Source: an uncultured Methylibium sp. (GTDB lineage: Bacteria; Pseudomonadota; Gammaproteobacteria; Burkholderiales; Burkholderiaceae_C). Taken from it: a stretch of 54,729 bases of DNA. How positions within the stretch are numbered: position 1 is the first letter of the stretch; the number at the start of each line of letters is the position of its first letter. The notes below the pieces were generated by a model. That model was not told the origin of the DNA. It saw only the letters and a list, made by a program, of their open reading frames with translations, and made no database searches. Position numbers and translations under genes: made by a program. The DNA lies in the NCBI GenBank assembly GCA_964408005.1, contig CAYOXW010000002.1, forward strand, positions 1 through 54,729, written 5' to 3'. Positions 42,151-51,303 of the stretch are shown in pieces.

Positions 42151-43158
42151 TCAGGCGGCGCGGCTGCTCGCCGGAGCGAGCGCGAGGTCGAGGGCGGCGA
42201 AGCCGCGGTCCCAGCCCAGCGCCATCTGCTCGAGCAGCGCATCGGCATCGAGCGGCCGAGCGGCGTTGACGGCGCGCGCGGCCTTCAGGATCAGCGTCTT
42301 CGCGCCGGTGGCGATGGTCTGGAAGGCCTCGGCCGCGGCGGCGAGGCCCGGACGGTTCCGCGCGGCGAGCCAGTCGAGGTGCAGGGCCGCGAGCTCGAAC
42401 GCGGCGCCGCATTGACGGATCGTCGCGAAGGCCCAGGCGTGGTAGGTCGGCAGGCCCTGTCGCTGCAGGTCCGGCCAATCGGTGGCCAGGCGCGCGGCGA
42501 AACGTCGCAGCGGGTTGCTGGCCGGTCGCCATGCGGCATGCTCGCGCAACAGCGTCTCGGCGAGGGCCGCGAGCTCGGTGCCGCCGCGGCGCTGCAGGCG
42601 GTCGAGCCGGATCGACTCGCAGAACAGCGGCAGGGCACCGGCCACGACACCGTCGCCGAACAGGCCGCGGAAGTCGGCGCCGGCCAGCTCGAAGTAGCCG
42701 GTGTTGTGGAAATAGCCGGCGCGCTCGGCGGCCGTGTCGAGCTCGGCGAGCACGATCGTCGTCTTGACATGCTGGCGGTGGTAGTCGGTGCCGGCGGCGT
42801 CGGGCAGCCAGTAGGCGTCGGCCTCGGTCGCGAGCAGCTTGCCGGCGGCGAGGTGCTCGAGCGCGTGGTCGAGCAGCGGGCGCCAGACGCTGAGCTCCTG
42901 CACGTCGATGCCGTAGAGCGCACGCAGCTCGCCATGCGGTGGCTTGAAGAAGGTCCACTGGTCGCCTTCGAAGTCGACCGCGAGCGTGAAGCCCAGCATC
43001 GCGCGCGGCTCCAGCCCGAGCGTGTGCAGCAGCGCGATCCAGAGGTCGGCGTAGCAATTCTTCTCGACCCAGCTGCGCTCGGCGGCGTGCAGCGGGCTCG
43101 GCACGCGGCCCTGCGCGCCGAGCGCGGCCTCGACGATCGGGTGACGCACCGCGCTCAT
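42151..43158 (-). CDS. DUF1839 family protein
   Basis: NCYADLWI, DFEGDQWTFFKPP, DAYWLPD..GTDY, YFHN.GY, AFAT.RQCGA. This family is usually encoded next to amino acid:carrier protein ligases; ATGA overlap. Confidence 0.8.
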   Translation of the reverse strand: MSAVRHPIVEAALGAQGRVPSPLHAAERSWVEKNCYADLWIALLHTLGLEPRAMLGFTLAVDFEGDQWTFFKPPHGELRALYGIDVQELSVWRPLLDHALEHLAAGKLLATEADAYWLPDAAGTDYHRQHVKTTIVLAELDTAAERAGYFHNTGYFELAGADFRGLFGDGVVAGALPLFCESIRLDRLQRRGGTELAALAETLLREHAAWRPASNPLRRFAARLATDWPDLQRQGLPTYHAWAFATIRQCGAAFELAALHLDWLAARNRPGLAAAAEAFQTIATGAKTLILKAARAVNAARPLDADALLEQMALGWDRGFAALDLALAPASSRAA

Positions 43159-44102
43159 GCCGGCACCGAGGGCCAGAGCCGCTCGCGCACCGCCGGCGGC
43201 CACTGCGCCGGCTCGAAGCCATGGGTCTTGAACAGCGCCATCGCGATGCGCTCCATGCCGAAGCCCATGCAGGAGGTGTTGGCGCTCTCGCCGTCGGTGC
43301 TGCGGACGCCGAAGATCGATGCGAAGTGGTCGCGGTGGTAGTTGAACGAACAGACCGCGGTCGGCTCGCGCTGTGAGATCACCGGCACCAGGATCTCGAA
43401 CTTCAGTTTCTGCTCGCGCTGCTCGCTCGCGAGCAGGCGCCCGCCGCGGCCGAAGAAGGGATCGGATGCCACCGAAACCTCGGCCGGCAGGCCCAGCGAG
43501 CGCAACAGCCCGAGCGCGCGCTGCAGCCAGCGTTCGCGCCACTCGAGTACCTGCTCGGCGCGCCCGGCGCGGACGAATTCGCGCATGCGGAAGGACTGCA
43601 ACCGCGTCGGTTCGGCCGACGGCTCGTGGCGGAACACCCAGCTCAGCAGCGTGACGCACCGGCCTTGCGGCGGCAGCGTGCCGGCCAGCCAAGGGTAGAC
43701 CGGGTAGCAGCCGGCCGGCGTCAGCACCACCTCGGTCGGGCCGAGCAGTTCGCCCCAGTTGCCACCGGCCTTCGCGCGCTCGGCCAGTGCCAGCGCCTGC
43801 AGCGTGTCGCCGAAGAAGCTGTGCACCGAGCCGCACAGGTGCGGGAAGGAGTCGAGGTAGTTGACGCGTTCGAGCAGATGGCGACCGATCAGCGGCGGGA
43901 AATGCACCCACTCGGCGTGGTCCTCGCGCGAGACCTCGGAGACGAGCGTGTTGAAGCGCTCGATCACGTCCTCGAACACCGGACCGCGTCCGAACAGACC
44001 GGGTACGCCCATGGGCAGCAGCAGGCCCCGTGCGAGCAGGCCGGCGCGGAAGGCCTCGGCCTCGGCATGATCGGCGGCGGCTGGGGCGAGAGAGGCGACC
44101 AT
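43155..44102 (-). CDS. Amino acid--[acyl-carrier-protein] ligase (atypical SerRS homolog)
   Basis: Class II aaRS catalytic core without a tRNA-binding domain: SFPHL.G, PAGCYP (Zn Cys), FRHEPS...R.QSFRMRE, ASDPFFGR, SFNYH.DHF, CMGFGMER. Confidence 0.9.
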   Translation of the reverse strand: MVASLAPAAADHAEAEAFRAGLLARGLLLPMGVPGLFGRGPVFEDVIERFNTLVSEVSREDHAEWVHFPPLIGRHLLERVNYLDSFPHLCGSVHSFFGDTLQALALAERAKAGGNWGELLGPTEVVLTPAGCYPVYPWLAGTLPPQGRCVTLLSWVFRHEPSAEPTRLQSFRMREFVRAGRAEQVLEWRERWLQRALGLLRSLGLPAEVSVASDPFFGRGGRLLASEQREQKLKFEILVPVISQREPTAVCSFNYHRDHFASIFGVRSTDGESANTSCMGFGMERIAMALFKTHGFEPAQWPPAVRERLWPSVPA

Positions 44103-44112
44103 CGTGTGTGCT

Positions 44113-45288
44113 TCAGAGGTCCTTGTGGACCAGCAGCAGCGCGGCGTTGCGTGCCGCGATGCGCTCGTTGGAGATCATCAGCGAGGCCGACAGCACGTCG
44201 CGGTAGTGGCGGCCCAGGCTGTATGGACTGTCGTTCTTGTAGCCGAGCAGGCCGACGATCTGCAGCGCCTCGTGCACGATCGCCGGCGCCGCCTCCGAGG
44301 CGGCGATCTTGAGGTTGTTCAGCCGCAGCGCCCAGCCGATCGAAGTGAGCTCCTCGCGGCCGTCGGCATGCGCGCAGGCGGCGTCGAAGTCGCGCGCCAG
44401 CGTCAGCCAGTGGCTGCGCATGGTCTGCAGCTTGGCGGACACGCGTGCCAGCGCCTGCGCGGTCGGCGGCATGTGACCGGGGGATTGGCGCGCCTGCTGG
44501 CGCACGTGGGCGGCGGCGCGTGCCACGGCGTCGGCGGCGATGCCCCACCACAGCGCCGACCACAGCACGTGCGAATAGGGCACCATGGTCTGCGCCGACG
44601 ACTCGGCATAGGGGCTCGGCAGCACCTGCTCGGAGGCGACCCGCGAGGCGAGCCTGAAGCCCGGGCTGCAGGTGCCGCGCATGCCCAGCGTGTCCCAGCT
44701 GGTGGTCTGCGTCAGCGTGGCGTCCTCGCGCCGCACCAGCACCAGCACCTGGTCGCTGGCGGCGGCGTCCGGTGCCCGGCGGGCGGTGACCAGGATCGCG
44801 TCGGCCTCGGTGCAGTAGGAACCGGTGGTGGCGTCCTTGTCGAGTTGCAGCCGGCCGTCGCCGATCGGTGTGATGGCACAGAGGCTCGAGCGCGTGTCGC
44901 CGTAGACGCCGACCTCCGAGGTCATCGAGGCGAGCAGGCGCTGCTGCGCGACCAGTTCGCCGAGGTAGGCGCGCAAGAAGGCCGAATCGCCCGCATGGCG
45001 AACGAGACAGCCGACCTGGATGTAGTGCATCGCGAGCACCATGCCGCTCGAACCGCAGGCCTGGGCCAGCGTCGCGCACAGCAGCGCTTGCTCGGTCAGC
45101 GTGCAGCCCGCGCCGCCGGCCGCAGGCGGCACGCCGGCCGACAGCAGGCGCGCCTCGCGCAGTGCGGCGAGGGTCTCGTGCGGGAAGCGGGCCTGCGCAT
45201 CGACATCGGCCGCGTGGCGCGCGGCGACGTCGCCGGCGATCGCCCGGCAGGCGACCAGCAGCGACTCGAACGCAGTGCTCGTGGACAT
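44113..45288 (-). CDS. Acyl-CoA/acyl-ACP dehydrogenase
   Basis: AADVD..ARFP, MVLAMH, SMTSE, WDTLGMRGTCS, NNLK, YSLGRHYRD. Start is ATG45288 or 45297. Confidence 0.88.
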   Translation of the reverse strand: MSTSTAFESLLVACRAIAGDVAARHAADVDAQARFPHETLAALREARLLSAGVPPAAGGAGCTLTEQALLCATLAQACGSSGMVLAMHYIQVGCLVRHAGDSAFLRAYLGELVAQQRLLASMTSEVGVYGDTRSSLCAITPIGDGRLQLDKDATTGSYCTEADAILVTARRAPDAAASDQVLVLVRREDATLTQTTSWDTLGMRGTCSPGFRLASRVASEQVLPSPYAESSAQTMVPYSHVLWSALWWGIAADAVARAAAHVRQQARQSPGHMPPTAQALARVSAKLQTMRSHWLTLARDFDAACAHADGREELTSIGWALRLNNLKIAASEAAPAIVHEALQIVGLLGYKNDSPYSLGRHYRDVLSASLMISNERIAARNAALLLVHKDL

Positions 45289-45394
45289 GGGCCGCATCGT
45301 ATGCCGAAGCTCCCCGCGGCACGGGCCGCACACCTGACAGGATGAGGGGAGCGAGCGCCGGGCGTGCATCCCGGCACGCTTGGAGCCCACCCGA

Positions 45395-47161
45395 TCAGGG
45401 GGGGGTGTCCAATCCCATCAGGCCGTCGAGCTGGCGCACCAGCCGGGCGCGGCCGGCGCGGCGGGTGAAGGTATGGTCGGCCCCGTCGATCAGCGCGAGC
45501 GTCAGGCGGCCGCTGTCGAGCAGCTGGCGCACCGCGCGTCCGCCCTGCAGGCGCAGCAGCGTCAGCCCGGGGTCGCCGTTCGAGAACACGAAGTGCAGAC
45601 GGCGCGGCCTGTCGCAGGCGCGGGCCAGCTCGCGGGCCAGGTCTTCGCGCAGCGGCAGGCCGATGCCGCGCGCCAGCGCCGTGGCCATCCCGCGCGCGAG
45701 CAGGGTCGTGCGCCGCCGCAGCATGCGACCGATGGCCGGCAGGTCGAGCTCGCCGGCCAGCAGGCGCCGCCACGACCGGCTGCTCAGCGCGAGCCGGCGG
45801 TAACGCACGAGGGCGTCGAGCGGCTCGTAGTCGCGCAGTCCCTCGTTGACAACCCAGCGCGGGTCCCAGAAGAAGGTCAGCGGGTTCACCGCGACGCAGT
45901 GCTCGATCGGCTGCCCCGCGACCGCAGCCTTGAAGGCGTGGTAGGCGCCTGAGCACAGCCCGAGCAGTCGGCAGTCCTCGATGCCCGGAAGTGCCCGCAG
46001 CCAGGCGATCGCGGCGGCGATATCCGAGGCCGCATGTGGCGAGTAGACGATGTTCTCGGCCGCACCCGGCCAGGGAGGGCTGTCGCCGAGGCCCGACAGG
46101 TCGAGCCGCAGCACCGCGATGCCACGCGCGGCCCAGTCGCGCGCCAGCTCGACCCACAGCCGGTTCGGGCCGATGTGGTGGACCGAGCCGGAATTCAGCA
46201 TCAGGACACCGCAGCGCGCGACGCCCTCGGCCGGGGTGCTGAGCACGCCGAAGAGCCGCGTGCCGCCGGCGTCGATGCCGACCACTGTCTCGCGCAGCGC
46301 GCCGGCCGGCTGTGCCAGGCCCACGCTGGGGCGCCCGAGCGGCCGGGCGGGCGCTGGCGCGGCGTCGCCGCGCCAGTCGCGCAGCGTGTCGAGCGTGCCG
46401 GTGATCAGCCGCTGCGGCAACTCGGCGCGCTGCGGGTCGGTCATCAGCGCCGCGTAGCCCGGCCAGGCCGCCTCGGTCACGGCGGTGCCGGCCTGCTCGA
46501 GCGCCGCCCGCCAGTCGGCACCGCCAGGCAGATCGTCACGCGGTACCAGCAGCACCCGCGGCGCCGGTCGGCGGGGCAGGCGGCGCAGGTCGATCGCCTC
46601 GATCGCGGCGACCGCGTCGGGCGCCAGGCCGAAGCCTGCCGACTCGAACAGGGCCGGATCGACCGGCATCGGCCGGCCGCTGGAGTCGAGCGTCTCGCCG
46701 AGCAGCCGCAGTTCGCGCAGGTAAGCGCGCCCGCTGAGCACCGGTGCCCAGGCGATCAGGCCGGCGATGTCGTCGCGCTCGCTGGCCGCCAGCGCCGCCA
46801 GCGCTGCGCCGAGGCGGATGCCGAACAGCGCCACCCGGGTCACGCCGGTGGCCGTGCGCAGCGCCTCCACGGCCGCATGCACCGAGGCGATCCAGGCGGC
46901 CGGCCGGCCTGGTTCGCGGTCCGTGCCGGCGGAGTTGCCGCAGCCGGGATAGTCGAAGCGCAGCGTCGGCACCCCGGCCTTCGCCGCGGCGAAGGCCAGG
47001 TGGCGCAGGCTGCGGTGCGCGCAGACCTCCTCGAAGCCGAAGGGGTTGCACAGGAGCAGCCCGAGTGCGCCGCCGGCCTCGGGCGGGCTGCGGTGCAGCC
47101 AGCCGAACAGCGGCGCCGCATCGGAGCCGAAGTACAGCGGCTCGGCGTCGGGGCAGGGCAT
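45395..47161 (-). CDS. Tandem double alpha/beta-hydrolase (resembles a fusion of exosortase-associated hydrolase 2 and hydrolase 1)
   Basis: Domain 1: PFGFEE, LRFDYPGCGNS, GIRLG. Domain 2: GPNRLWV, LRLDLSGLGDS, GLCSG, GADHTF. Confidence 0.8.
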   Translation of the reverse strand: MPCPDAEPLYFGSDAAPLFGWLHRSPPEAGGALGLLLCNPFGFEEVCAHRSLRHLAFAAAKAGVPTLRFDYPGCGNSAGTDREPGRPAAWIASVHAAVEALRTATGVTRVALFGIRLGAALAALAASERDDIAGLIAWAPVLSGRAYLRELRLLGETLDSSGRPMPVDPALFESAGFGLAPDAVAAIEAIDLRRLPRRPAPRVLLVPRDDLPGGADWRAALEQAGTAVTEAAWPGYAALMTDPQRAELPQRLITGTLDTLRDWRGDAAPAPARPLGRPSVGLAQPAGALRETVVGIDAGGTRLFGVLSTPAEGVARCGVLMLNSGSVHHIGPNRLWVELARDWAARGIAVLRLDLSGLGDSPPWPGAAENIVYSPHAASDIAAAIAWLRALPGIEDCRLLGLCSGAYHAFKAAVAGQPIEHCVAVNPLTFFWDPRWVVNEGLRDYEPLDALVRYRRLALSSRSWRRLLAGELDLPAIGRMLRRRTTLLARGMATALARGIGLPLREDLARELARACDRPRRLHFVFSNGDPGLTLLRLQGGRAVRQLLDSGRLTLALIDGADHTFTRRAGRARLVRQLDGLMGLDTPP

Positions 47162-49677
47162 CACGGCAGGTCGAGCACCAGGACGCGGCGGGCGTTGAGC
47201 GCGCTCAGGCGGCAGCTCGGCGTGCGGCGCGGCGCCGGGCCGGCCGGTCGCAGCGCGATGCGGCGTTGCTCGCCGGGGCGCAGGTGGAAGTGGTCGTCGT
47301 CGGGACGGTGGCCTTCGAGCTCGATGTGCAGGTCTTGCACGAAGCCGCCGGCCTGCAGCTCGAGTTGCAAATGGCCGTCGACGTCGCGCGCCAGCAGGGC
47401 CGTGAGGCCGGTGTCGGCGAGCTGGGTCGAGGGCCGGCCGGCCGGGAAATGCCAGGCCTGTGCGCGCAGATGACCGTCGGCATCGCGCAGCCCGGCCCAG
47501 ACGAGGTCCGCGACCGGCGGGCCGAAGCGGAAGGCATGGCCGAGATCGAGGAAGCCGTCGAGCAACTCGGCCGTGAGCAGCGTGGCATTGCCGCGCGCCG
47601 GGACGGTGAGCTCGCGCACCGCCTGGGCGACCGTGCGGCCGGCATCGTTGTAGGCGGTGAACTCGAGCGTCGCCGCCAGCGGCTCGGCGTGGTCGTTCCA
47701 GGCCCGCAGCTGCAGGCCGCTGTGGCGCTCGTCGCTGATCGCGAGCGCGATCGGCTGCAGCGCGCGCCGCACCGGCCACCAGCAGGGCTTGGGCGCACCG
47801 CGCTCGTCGAGCAGGCCCCAGCCGGCGCCGGCCCAGAGATCGCGCAGCGTCCACAGCAGCGCGCCGCCACAGTCCGAGCCGGCGCGGCGCCACTCGGTCA
47901 GCGCCTCGGCCATCACTTCGCCGCCGACGGTGCGGCTGAGCGCGAGGTAGCGATCGGGGTCGAGCCGGCGCAGCGCGACCGGATCGAGGCCGTAGAGCCG
48001 GCCGAGGTAGTGGTCGCGCACGTCCTCGAAGTCCCAGCCGGCGCCGAGGTCGCGGGGCGTGCGCGCCTTCCAGGCCGGGTGGTGGGTGCGCAGCGCGAGG
48101 CCGCCGGGCATGCGCGCCAGGGTGTCGGTCTCGGGAACGTTGGCGAAGCCCAGGCACTCGGTGGCGAACCTCAGGTTCGCGCGCCGTGCGTCCTCGAGCG
48201 GGCCGAGGTAGGCCCCGACGCCGTAGTAGGAGCTCGTGCCGTGGTCGACCTGGTGCGGGAAAGCGCCGCCGTGCGCGCTCGAAGGCCAGTAGGGCAGCGT
48301 CGGACAGAGCTCGGCGGCCCAGCCGGCCAGCCGGTCGTGGAACAGCGCCGGCTGCCACAGGCTGCGCGATGCTCCCCACATCGCGGCCTGCTGCCCGACC
48401 TCGCTGTTGCCGCACAGCACCGCCATCGCGGGGCGCGCGCGCCAGCGCGCCAGCTGGCCGCGGGCCTCGCGTTCGACCGAGGCGGCGAAGGCGGCGTCGT
48501 CGCCCGGGTAGTCCATGTTGGCGAACATGAAGTCCTGCCACACCAGCACGCCCTGGCGATCGCATTCGTCGTGGAAGGCATCGGCCTCGTAGACGGTCGC
48601 GCCGACCACCCTCAGCATGTTCATGCCGGCGTCGCGCACCTGGGCGATCGCGGCGCGGTAGGCCTCGGCCGACGCCCCCAGCGTCAGGGGATCGAGTGGC
48701 ATCCAGCAGGCGCCGCGGCAGAACACCGCAACGCCATTGACGCGCAGCGCGAACCGACCGTCGGTGGTGTCGAGCGCGATCGAGCGAAAGCCGATCTGGC
48801 CCAGCGGCAGCTCGAGCGGTTCGGCCGATCCGGCCCGCGTGACGTTCAGCCAGGCACGGTAGAGCGCCGGCTCGCCGTGGGTGTGCGGCCACCACAGGGT
48901 CGGGCGCGCCACGGTCAGCGTGCCGCTGGCCGTGGCGTCACCGGCGAGTGCCAGGGGGGCACGGTGGACCAGGCCATCGCGGGCGACGCACAGTTGCACC
49001 GATGTGATCGTGTCGGCGCCGTGCAGGCGGGCGTGGCAGGCGACGAGCCCGTCGGTCCCGTCCAGCCGCACGTCGAGGCCGTGCGCCAGCAGCCCGACTG
49101 CCGCCGGGCGCTCGAGCCAGACGTCGCGCCATGGCCCCACCGGCGCGGCCGGCGGCGACCAGCCCGGCGTGCGGCCGAGCAACGTGGTGCGCCACCAGCG
49201 CAGCTGCTGGTGCTCGACCATCGGCGCGCGCCAGCGCGGCCGCGCGCGCGGGCTGGCGAGCAGCGGGTCGAGCGCGGCAAAGCGCAGCGTCAGCTCGTTG
49301 CGGCCCGGTCGCAGCAGCGCGCCGGGCTGGCAGCGGTGGGCGACGAACATGTTGTCGGAGTGCAGCAGAGGCGCGCCGTTGAGCCGGGCCGTCGCGACGG
49401 TCGCCAAGCCGTCGAAGCCCAGCACCAGCGGCGCGGCATCGGCATCGTCCGGCACGTCGAAGGCCAGGCGGTAGCACCAGTCGCTGGCGTCGAAGCGGCG
49501 CGGCGGCCCGTCGAGCGACCAGCGGCCGGTCGCGCGCAGCACCGCCGCGACCGGGCCGAGCTCGGGGACCTCGATCCAGTCGTGGGCTTGATCCTCGGCG
49601 CCCGGTGGCGCATCGGCCGGCAGCTCGGCCAGCTGCCAGCCGTGCCGCAGGGCGGTGCGCCGGGCTTGCGACTGCAT
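47161..49677 (-). CDS. Glycoside hydrolase family 2, beta-mannosidase-like
   Basis: FDGLAT, LNG...SDNMF, LWWP, VNG..VFCRGA.W.P, GMNMLRV, D..G.LVWQDF, CGNSE (acid/base), FATE (nucleophile); no signal peptide. Confidence 0.88.
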   Translation of the reverse strand: MQSQARRTALRHGWQLAELPADAPPGAEDQAHDWIEVPELGPVAAVLRATGRWSLDGPPRRFDASDWCYRLAFDVPDDADAAPLVLGFDGLATVATARLNGAPLLHSDNMFVAHRCQPGALLRPGRNELTLRFAALDPLLASPRARPRWRAPMVEHQQLRWWRTTLLGRTPGWSPPAAPVGPWRDVWLERPAAVGLLAHGLDVRLDGTDGLVACHARLHGADTITSVQLCVARDGLVHRAPLALAGDATASGTLTVARPTLWWPHTHGEPALYRAWLNVTRAGSAEPLELPLGQIGFRSIALDTTDGRFALRVNGVAVFCRGACWMPLDPLTLGASAEAYRAAIAQVRDAGMNMLRVVGATVYEADAFHDECDRQGVLVWQDFMFANMDYPGDDAAFAASVEREARGQLARWRARPAMAVLCGNSEVGQQAAMWGASRSLWQPALFHDRLAGWAAELCPTLPYWPSSAHGGAFPHQVDHGTSSYYGVGAYLGPLEDARRANLRFATECLGFANVPETDTLARMPGGLALRTHHPAWKARTPRDLGAGWDFEDVRDHYLGRLYGLDPVALRRLDPDRYLALSRTVGGEVMAEALTEWRRAGSDCGGALLWTLRDLWAGAGWGLLDERGAPKPCWWPVRRALQPIALAISDERHSGLQLRAWNDHAEPLAATLEFTAYNDAGRTVAQAVRELTVPARGNATLLTAELLDGFLDLGHAFRFGPPVADLVWAGLRDADGHLRAQAWHFPAGRPSTQLADTGLTALLARDVDGHLQLELQAGGFVQDLHIELEGHRPDDDHFHLRPGEQRRIALRPAGPAPRRTPSCRLSALNARRVLVLDLP

Positions 49678-49684
49678 CGGCGTC

Positions 49685-49942
49685 TCAGCGTTCGCTCAGG
49701 TCGGCCAAGGCCTGCCGGATCGAGGCGATGCTGGTGAAGATGCTGCGCTTGAGCATGTGGTCGGGGAACTCGACCTCGAACGCGCCCTCGAGCGCGAGCA
49801 TCACGTTCACGCTCGCATGGGAGGTCATGCCGGCCTGGTAGAGGTCGGCGCTCGGGTCGAGGCTCAGCGCGTCGACGCTGAGCCGGGCGTGGTCTTGCAG
49901 AACGGCGCGGATGCGCGCATCGAAGCGGTCGTCGGAGGTCAT
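49685..49942 (-). CDS. Acyl/aminoacyl carrier protein (cognate type for aa:CP ligases)
   Basis: 85 aa, DLYQAGMTSHASVNVMLALE..F.VEFPD..L.R..F.SI; ATG49942 after an RBS-poor leader. Confidence 0.88.
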   Translation of the reverse strand: MTSDDRFDARIRAVLQDHARLSVDALSLDPSADLYQAGMTSHASVNVMLALEGAFEVEFPDHMLKRSIFTSIASIRQALADLSER

Positions 49943-50114
49943 GGCACGAAGAGGAGGCAGCAGCGGGCGATCGTGGAAACGGTGACGGGGGTGACAGCGT
50001 AAGCGCCGCCGGTGGAGCGGCCGCGCCCGCCGCCGCGCCGCCAGCTGGCCGTCAGCCGGGCGGCGCGGTGAGGGGGTGTGGCGCCGCTGCGCCGATGGCA
50101 TGCCGTGCCCGCGC

Positions 50115-51278
50115 TCATCGGGGCTCGAGCCGCAGCACGCGGCCATCCGGGGTGTTGGTGACGAGGTAGAGCCAGCCGTCCGGACCGAGCTGCAGGTCGC
50201 GGGTGCGCTGGGCCCGGCCGGCATACACCGGGCGCGGATCGACCAGGCGCTCGCCGTCGACGCGCAGCCGCAGCAAGGCCTGACCCTGTAGCGTGCCGAG
50301 CAGCAGCTCGCCACGCCAGTCCGGGTAGCGCGGGCTGTCCATGCGCAGCAGCGCACTCGGGGGGACCGCGACGTCCTCGCCCCACCAGATCGCTGCCGGG
50401 GCCAGACCGGGCTTCTCGCGGCTGCCGTCGCCGATCGGTGCGCAGCGGTGTTCCTCGCAGCCGTAGCTGACCAGTGGCCAGCCGTGGTTGGCGCCCGGCT
50501 TGACGAGGTTGACCTCGTCGCCACCGAGCGGGCCATGGTCGCTGACCCAGGCGTTGCCGCTCGCCGGATCGATCGCGATGCCCTGCGGGTCGCGAAAGCC
50601 CAGCGCCCAGATCGCGCCCAGCGCGCCGGCGCGGCCGACGAAGGGGTTGTCCGGCGGCACCCGTCCATCGGGCTGCAGCCGCAGCAGCTTGCCGCGGTAG
50701 GAGTCGAAGCGTTGCACACGCTCCGGTTCGCTGCGGTCGCCGAGCGTGATGAACAGGTGCCCCCCCGGGCCGAATGCGAGCCGCGAGCCGAAGGCGCCGC
50801 GGTCCGGTCCGGCCTGCGGGTCGCGAAAGACCACCTCGACGGCTTCGAGCTGCGTGCCGCGCAGTCGCCCGCGCGCGACGGCGTTGCGACCGGTGTCCCC
50901 CTCGGCCGGCTCCATGTAGCTCCAGTAGACCCAGGGGAGGTCGCCACCATCGACCGCCACCGCGATGCCCATCAGCCCGCCGGCCGGCCATACCGGTGGC
51001 AGCCCCTGCACGAGCGCGCCAGGGCCGCCCTGGCGCGGGAACAGGCGCAGCCGCCCCGGACGTTCGCTGAGGAGCCAGCGTCCGTCGGGCAGGAAGGCGA
51101 GCGACCAGGGCGTGTCGAGTCCGGAGGCCAGCGTCACGACCTTCATGTCGGTGAGCACCAGGGCCTCGAGGGCGCGGCGGCCTTTCCAGAACGTCAGCAC
51201 GCCGAGCCCGAGCAGCGCGGCAACGACGGCCGCAACGACCCACCGGCGGCGCGAGCGGGCCGCTGCGACGAGTCCCAT
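50115..51278 (-). CDS. PQQ-dependent sugar dehydrogenase (GSDH/YliI family)
   Basis: GLDTPWSLAFLPDG, ERPGRL, FGSRLAF, GKLLRL..DG..P.DNPF, DHGP.GGDEVN...G.N.GWP; N-terminal TM/signal. Confidence 0.88.
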   Translation of the reverse strand: MGLVAAARSRRRWVVAAVVAALLGLGVLTFWKGRRALEALVLTDMKVVTLASGLDTPWSLAFLPDGRWLLSERPGRLRLFPRQGGPGALVQGLPPVWPAGGLMGIAVAVDGGDLPWVYWSYMEPAEGDTGRNAVARGRLRGTQLEAVEVVFRDPQAGPDRGAFGSRLAFGPGGHLFITLGDRSEPERVQRFDSYRGKLLRLQPDGRVPPDNPFVGRAGALGAIWALGFRDPQGIAIDPASGNAWVSDHGPLGGDEVNLVKPGANHGWPLVSYGCEEHRCAPIGDGSREKPGLAPAAIWWGEDVAVPPSALLRMDSPRYPDWRGELLLGTLQGQALLRLRVDGERLVDPRPVYAGRAQRTRDLQLGPDGWLYLVTNTPDGRVLRLEPR

Positions 51279-51303
51279 GACCGGGTCCCTGGCCGTGCGG
51301 CCT

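Noticed and set aside
43155..44102. Call as a housekeeping seryl-tRNA synthetase or a resistance copy
   Set aside because: It lacks the tRNA-binding domain and has the Zn-ligand motifs and ACP/ACAD/DUF1839 context of aa:carrier protein ligases.
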